Source of the DNA: Burkholderiales bacterium
GTDB taxonomy: Bacteria; Pseudomonadota; Gammaproteobacteria; Burkholderiales; SG8-39
Assembly: GCA_964202115.1 (NCBI GenBank)
Contig: CAXNIK010000002.1
Span: 1 to 40,490 of the forward strand
Reading direction: 5' to 3'
DNA length: 40,490 nt
Shown: in pieces, positions 35,835-40,490 of the stretch
How the letters are laid out: each line of letters opens with the position of its first letter
Position numbering within the stretch: the stretch's first letter is position 1
Program-made: the position numbers and the translations under genes
Notes under the pieces: generated by a model
What the model was told of the DNA's origin: nothing
The model's input: the letters and a program-made list of their open reading frames with translations, nothing else
Databases searched by the model: none

Positions 35835-37151
35835 TCAGAAATTTAGGCCAAGGAAGATCGAGACCTTCCTTGCGACAAAGTCAAGCATTGGTTCCGTAAG
35901 GCCGGGATACACACCGATCCAGAACGTGTTGTTCATGATGATGTCCGTGTTGGCGAGATGCCCTGAAATGCGGAAATTGCGGCCTATCATATAGGGCTGG
36001 CGCGCCAGATTACCGGCAAAAAGTAGCCTGGTGCCTACTTTTTCCTGATCCAGGTACGTGAGCAGGTCCACCCGGCTGACCGGCGCGTTGTCTTTTAACG
36101 TGATCGGGAAACCGAACCATGAAGGATCGGAATCAGCAGTGGCCTGCGGCAAGATCAGAAATTCTTCGCAGTCAGCCAGCCGGTTTTTCAAGAACGCGAA
36201 ATTATTCTTGCGGGCCTGCACAAAATGATCGAGTCGATCCATCTGAGCCAGGGCGCAGGCAGCCTGCACGTCACCGATCTTGAGGTTGTAGCCCAAGTGG
36301 CTGTACGTGTACTTGTGGTCATAACCTTCTGGCAGTTGGCCGAGTTTCCAGCAGAAGCGCTTGTTGCAGGTATTGTCCTTGCCCGGGGCGCAGTAGCAGT
36401 CCCGACCCCAGTCACGGAAGGACTCGGCAATGCGCTTTAGGTCGTCGTTGTTGGTGAAGACAGCTCCACCTTCACCCATTGTGATGTGATGAGCCGGATA
36501 AAAACTCAAGGTGCCGATGTCCCCGAAAGTGCCCACGCGTTGACCGTTGTAGGTGGACCCCAGGGCGTCGCAGCAATCCTCTACCAGCCAGAGATTGTAT
36601 TTTCTGGCGATACGGGTGACTTCAGCGAGGTTGTACGGATTTCCCAGAGTGTGCGCCAGCATGATGGCCTTCGTCTTGGGACCGATGGCCGCTTCGAGTT
36701 GCGTTACGTCGATATTGTAGGTGGGGATATGGACGTCAACGAATACTGGAATCGCGCCGAACTGCAGTATGGGATTCACCGTTGTGGGGAATCCGGCGGC
36801 TACGCCGATGACTTCATCTCCCGGCTTGATTGCCCGGTCGCCGAGCATGGGGCTGGTCAGCGCAGAGAAAGCGACCAGATTTGCCGATGACCCCGAATTG
36901 ACGGTAATGACGTGTTTGACGCCAAGATACTTGGCCAGGCGCTGCTCGAAAGCACTGTTGAAGCGGCCAGTTGTCAGCCAGCCGTCCAGAGAGGCTTCGA
37001 CCATGTTCCTGAGTTCACCGGCTCCGATTACCTTTCCCGACGGGGGGACCACTGTTGTGCCTGGTGTGAAGGGCAACGGAGAAAAAGCGAGCGCCGCGTA
37101 CTCATCGACGAGCTTGGCAATCTGTTGCCGGATCTGTACGGTTTTTTCCAT
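35835..37151 (-). CDS. rfbH: CDP-4-dehydro-6-deoxyglucose 3-dehydrase (E1; PMP- and [2Fe-2S]-dependent)
   Basis: 438 aa with [44 protein letters not shown] has His where aminotransferases have the Schiff-base Lys. The Cys pattern C194-X57-C252-X1-C254-X7-C262 matches the E1 iron-sulfur motif. Confidence 0.9.
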   Translation of the reverse strand: MEKTVQIRQQIAKLVDEYAALAFSPLPFTPGTTVVPPSGKVIGAGELRNMVEASLDGWLTTGRFNSAFEQRLAKYLGVKHVITVNSGSSANLVAFSALTSPMLGDRAIKPGDEVIGVAAGFPTTVNPILQFGAIPVFVDVHIPTYNIDVTQLEAAIGPKTKAIMLAHTLGNPYNLAEVTRIARKYNLWLVEDCCDALGSTYNGQRVGTFGDIGTLSFYPAHHITMGEGGAVFTNNDDLKRIAESFRDWGRDCYCAPGKDNTCNKRFCWKLGQLPEGYDHKYTYSHLGYNLKIGDVQAACALAQMDRLDHFVQARKNNFAFLKNRLADCEEFLILPQATADSDPSWFGFPITLKDNAPVSRVDLLTYLDQEKVGTRLLFAGNLARQPYMIGRNFRISGHLANTDIIMNNTFWIGVYPGLTEPMLDFVARKVSIFLGLNF

Positions 37152-37158
37152 GAGAATC

Positions 37159-38232
37159 TTAGTGGATTGTGGCTTGGTATTGGGAGATCTGCTTCAGAGT
37201 GACAGTCTTCATGTCAGCTTTGTCGAGAAAAGCCTTGTGCCATGCCACGATGTTGTCGAGAGTTTCCTTCAATTGCCATTTTGGATTCCAACCCAGCCGT
37301 GCCTTCGCCTTGGAGCAATCAAGCTTGAGGTAGTGGGCTTCATGGGGGTGCGGATTTGGATCGAGTTTCCAAGAAGCCCCCGTGCTCCAGGATTTTGTCA
37401 GACATTCGACAATCCATTGCACCGGCTTGGCATCATCGTCACCTGCGCCGAAATTCCACGCTTCGGCGTAGGTAATGCCATTGTCGTAAAGCTTTTCAGC
37501 AAGCGTGAGGTACCCGCCCAGTGGCTCTAGTACATGCTGCCATGGGCGAATGGCTTGAGGGTTCCGGATATTGACTGGCTGGCCGGATTCAATGGCACGC
37601 AGAATGTCGGGTATCAGGCGATCTACCGCCCAATCACCGCCGCCAATGACGTTGCCGGCCCGCACTGTCGCTAGGGCAACACCATGCTCCTTGTGTCTGG
37701 CAGGGTTGAAAAAGGAATTGCGATAGGCAGCGGTCACGAGTTCCGCGCATCCCTTGCTGTTGCTATAAGGATCGTAACCCCCCATGGGATCATTTTCCCG
37801 GTAGCCCCACAGCCATTCCTTGTTTTCATAACACTTGTCGCTGGTGACATTGATTACGGCTCGCACGCTGCCGGTCTTGCGTACGCCTTCGAGCATATGC
37901 ACAGTGCCCATCACGTTTGTTGCGTAGGTTTCTACAGGAGCCGCATACGAATGGCGTACCAGCGGCTGAGCAGCCATGTGGATCACAATGTCCGGCTTTG
38001 CATCGTGCATGATACTTGCCAATTTTTCGGCATCGCGGATGTCTGCAATGACGGATCGCATACCTTTTCCTACATCCGCCACTGCAAATAGGCTGGGACT
38101 TGTGGGGGGCGGCAATGCATATCCGGTAAGGTCTGCTCCAAGCTGCTGCAACCAGAGGGACAGCCAACTGCCCTTGAAGCCGGTATGGCCTGTCATGAAG
38201 ACTCGTCTGTCACGCCAGAATGAGAGATTCAT
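37159..38232 (-). CDS. rfbG: CDP-glucose 4,6-dehydratase
   Basis: [44 protein letters not shown] 38232 forms an ATGA overlap with the rfbF stop; the TTG at 38247 is less likely. Confidence 0.92.
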   Translation of the reverse strand: MNLSFWRDRRVFMTGHTGFKGSWLSLWLQQLGADLTGYALPPPTSPSLFAVADVGKGMRSVIADIRDAEKLASIMHDAKPDIVIHMAAQPLVRHSYAAPVETYATNVMGTVHMLEGVRKTGSVRAVINVTSDKCYENKEWLWGYRENDPMGGYDPYSNSKGCAELVTAAYRNSFFNPARHKEHGVALATVRAGNVIGGGDWAVDRLIPDILRAIESGQPVNIRNPQAIRPWQHVLEPLGGYLTLAEKLYDNGITYAEAWNFGAGDDDAKPVQWIVECLTKSWSTGASWKLDPNPHPHEAHYLKLDCSKAKARLGWNPKWQLKETLDNIVAWHKAFLDKADMKTVTLKQISQYQATIH

Positions 38233-39005
38233 CCCCAAACTTTCCAAGGCGCCTTGCCGCTGGCCCAGAGTTCTTCAAGCAACGTCTTGTCGCGCAGGGT
38301 GTCCATGGGTTGCCAGAACCCTTTGTGAGGAAAGGCTTTGAGCTGGCTTACCTCTGCCAGAGTTTCTAGGGGTTCGCGCTCCCAAGGTGTCTGGTCGCCT
38401 GCAATCAGGTCCATGACCTTAGGTGAAAGCACAAAAAAGCCCCCATTTATCAGGCCGCCGTCACCCCTGGGCTTTTCCTTAAACGAAGTAACGCGACTGT
38501 CCGGATGGATATCCAGGGCGCCGAAACGCCCGGGGGGGTAAGTGGCGGTAATTGTCGCCTGCAGGCCGTGTGCCAGGTGGAATCTGATCAGTTCTGTTAC
38601 GTTGACATCGCTCAAACCATCTCCGTAAGTGAAGCAGAATGCCCCTTCATCCCTCACATAGGAGGTGACTCGTTTGAGGCGCCCACCTGTATTGGTACTT
38701 TCGCCCGTATCTACCAGCGTGACACGCCAGGGTTCGGCATAGCGCTGATGGACTTCCATTTTGTTGTGCTGGACGTCGAAGGTGACATCCGACATGTGCA
38801 GGAAGTAGTTGGCAAAGTATTCCTTGACAACATACCCCTTGTATCCGCAACAGATGATGAAATCGTTGATGCCATGGTGGGAGTAGATCTTCATGATGTG
38901 CCATAGGATCGGCTTGCCACCGATCTCAACCATGGGCTTGGGTTTGAGATTGGTTTCTTCGGAGATGCGGGTTCCAAGACCGCCAGCGAGAATTACAGCC
39001 TTCAT
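38229..39005 (-). CDS. rfbF: Glucose-1-phosphate cytidylyltransferase
   Basis: 258 aa with [86 protein letters not shown]. Confidence 0.95.
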   Translation of the reverse strand: MKAVILAGGLGTRISEETNLKPKPMVEIGGKPILWHIMKIYSHHGINDFIICCGYKGYVVKEYFANYFLHMSDVTFDVQHNKMEVHQRYAEPWRVTLVDTGESTNTGGRLKRVTSYVRDEGAFCFTYGDGLSDVNVTELIRFHLAHGLQATITATYPPGRFGALDIHPDSRVTSFKEKPRGDGGLINGGFFVLSPKVMDLIAGDQTPWEREPLETLAEVSQLKAFPHKGFWQPMDTLRDKTLLEELWASGKAPWKVWG

Positions 39006-39123
39006 GATTGGATTTTCTTGATGCTGGAAGATTTCGTTTCAAAGAGGATGGTTGGGCGCACCGACTCAACATTCGATGTTGCTGATTCAACGTGCATTCC
39101 AGAGGTGAATGCGGCCGCATTCA

Positions 39124-40221
39124 TCACTCGTGATGGTCCATAAATTTGTAGCCGTGGTGTTTGATGAGCTCGTCACGTTTTGCTGTCTTGAAATCTTGGC
39201 GTACCATTTCGGCAACCAGCTCTTCAAATGTGGTTTTCGGAGTCCAGCCGAGTTTTTCCTTGGCTTTAGTTGGATCGCCTAGCAGTGATTCGACTTCAGT
39301 CGGGCGGAAATAGCGAGGGTCAACGGCAACAATGCAATTGCCGTTGGCATCAAATCCCTTTTCCTCCTTGCCTTCACCTTTCCATGCGATTTCCTTCATA
39401 CCCAGTTCTCTAGCCGCAGCGTCGACGAAGTCTCGTACACTGTATTGCAGGCCAGTCGCGATGACATAGTCTTCCGGCCTGCCCTGCTGCAGCATTAGCC
39501 ACTGCATTTCGACGTAGTCACGGGCGTGCCCCCAGTCGCGGCGCGCGGAAAGATTGCCAAGGTACAGGCAGTCCTGCAGCCCAAGCTTGATTCTGGCAAG
39601 TGCGCGCGTGATCTTTCGCGTGACAAAGGTTTCGCCGCGAATGGGGCTTTCGTGATTGAATAAAATGCCATTGCAGGCGTAGATTCCATAGGCCTCACGG
39701 TAGTTAACCGTGATCCAGTATGCGTAAAGTTTGGCAACTGCGTATGGGCTGCGTGGATAGAAGGGTGTGGTTTCCTTTTGCGGAGTTTCCTGCACCAGGC
39801 CATAGAGTTCCGAAGTGCTGGCCTGGTAGAAGCGAGTTTTCTTGTCCAGGCCAAGCAGGCGAATAGCCTCAAGGATGCGTAACGCGCCCAATGCGTCGGA
39901 ATTAGCGGTGTATTCGGGTTCTTCAAAGCTGACCGCCACATGGGACTGAGCTGCTAGATTATAAATTTCATCCGGTTGGGTTTGCTGGACTATGCGGATG
40001 AGGCTGGAACTGTCCGTCATGTCTCCATAGTGTAGAAATAATCGGGCCCCGGCTTCGTGAGGATCTTGGTACAGGTGATCGATACGATCGGTATTGAAGA
40101 GTGACGCTCGACGGCGAATTCCATGCACCACGTAGCCTTTACTAAGTAGTAATTCCGCTAGGTAAGCACCATCCTGGCCGGTGATGCCAGTGATGAGAGC
40201 AACTTTGCTTAATTTGGTCAT
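39124..40221 (-). CDS. gmd: GDP-mannose 4,6-dehydratase, long (enterobacterial-type) form
   Basis: 365 aa with [99 protein letters not shown]. Confidence 0.95.
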   Translation of the reverse strand: MTKLSKVALITGITGQDGAYLAELLLSKGYVVHGIRRRASLFNTDRIDHLYQDPHEAGARLFLHYGDMTDSSSLIRIVQQTQPDEIYNLAAQSHVAVSFEEPEYTANSDALGALRILEAIRLLGLDKKTRFYQASTSELYGLVQETPQKETTPFYPRSPYAVAKLYAYWITVNYREAYGIYACNGILFNHESPIRGETFVTRKITRALARIKLGLQDCLYLGNLSARRDWGHARDYVEMQWLMLQQGRPEDYVIATGLQYSVRDFVDAAARELGMKEIAWKGEGKEEKGFDANGNCIVAVDPRYFRPTEVESLLGDPTKAKEKLGWTPKTTFEELVAEMVRQDFKTAKRDELIKHHGYKFMDHHE

Positions 40222-40376
40222 GGGAGTGGTTCAGTATGAATTTTTGCTTGCGTAACGTGATTGATCTTCAATGTGTGGAGGTGATGTTTGAGTTGGCGAC
40301 CCCGTGTGTTTCACATCGAGATGAAGTGGATTTGTGGTAAGTCATAGACCTGTTGGTATAACTGCGCCGGCTCCGA

Positions 40377-40419
40377 TTTTTCTGGACACGAATTTGGGGT
40401 TAAATCGTGTCTGGAAAAA
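40377..40419. repeat. 15-nt-arm inverted repeat (tttttctggacacga / tcgtgtctggaaaaa) with 13-nt spacer in the region upstream of gmd
   Basis: Read directly: 13 of 15 arm positions are Watson-Crick complementary, and the two exceptions would be G-U pairs in a + strand RNA. It lies 156-198 nt upstream of the gmd ATG (minus strand). It also lies 11-53 nt upstream of a possible + strand ATG at 40430. Confidence 0.5.
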
Positions 40420-40490
40420 GGGGTTGAAAATGCTCAAAGTGAAGGATGCAAGTGGGGTTGCGCCGGGGTCGCTGGAAGGAGCGCGTAGCG

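Noticed and set aside
39067-39081. Palindrome caacat-tcg-atgttg in the gmd/rfbF spacer
   Set aside because: A 6+6 palindrome in a 118-nt spacer is roughly expected by chance. There is no supporting context.
40430-40490. Possible + strand gene start (ATG 40430, MLKVKDASGVAPGSLEGARS..., SD-like aagggg upstream) running out of the window
   Set aside because: Only 20 codons are visible, so it cannot be supported as a CDS from this window alone.
40222-40490. Search for an RfaH ops/JUMPStart element (GGCGGTAG on the minus strand, ctaccgcc on the + strand) upstream of the long operon; also checked 1-227
   Set aside because: The octamer is not present in either region. The true promoter may lie beyond the window.
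1-40490. Scan for CRISPR arrays, tRNA/rRNA genes, IS elements, integrases, toxin-antitoxin or defence-system genes
   Set aside because: I recognised no regularly spaced repeats, no tRNA-like cloverleaf candidates in the spacers, and no transposase, integrase, nuclease or ATPase signatures. Every sizeable ORF fits polysaccharide biosynthesis except the 267-aa unknown protein.

Overview
The window is a 40.5-kb surface-polysaccharide (O-antigen/LPS or EPS type) biosynthesis locus from a Gram-negative genome, probably proteobacterial. I call 35 protein-coding genes, one of them frameshifted. I saw no rRNA, tRNA, CRISPR array, transposase or integrase. Left arm (1-10.6 kb, mostly + strand): a Wzz-type chain-length determinant, a WbaP-like initiating phosphoglycosyltransferase with an unusual Cys-rich N-terminal extension, a methyltransferase, and two GtrB-like polyprenyl-phosphate glycosyltransferases with a GtrA-like protein and two large polytopic, GT-C-like membrane proteins. 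Right arm: one co-directional minus-strand gene train from 40221 down to 10656 (about 29.6 kb, 27 genes, eight 4-nt ATGA stop/start overlaps). It encodes gmd (long form), rfbF-rfbG-rfbH (CDP-3,6-dideoxyhexose core), a NeuB-SAF-cupin fusion, a YerE-like ThDP enzyme, a radical SAM/twitch enzyme, an unrecognisable 267-aa protein, two TylC3-like methyltransferases, a Nudix hydrolase, an SDR lacking the catalytic Tyr and a HAD phosphatase. It also encodes three further class I methyltransferases (one frameshifted in a G7 tract), three GT2, three GT4 and one GT9 glycosyltransferase, a flippase-like protein, a Wzy_C-family protein, and rmd plus a second short-form gmd (GDP-D-rhamnose). The most interesting part is 27.5-39 kb. 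There a canonical CDP-dideoxyhexose pathway is joined to four different C-C bond-forming enzyme classes, including a low-GC radical-SAM/unknown-protein islet. This is a candidate pathway for an undescribed branched or higher-carbon sugar. All functional calls rest on motif and architecture recognition by eye; no database search was possible.
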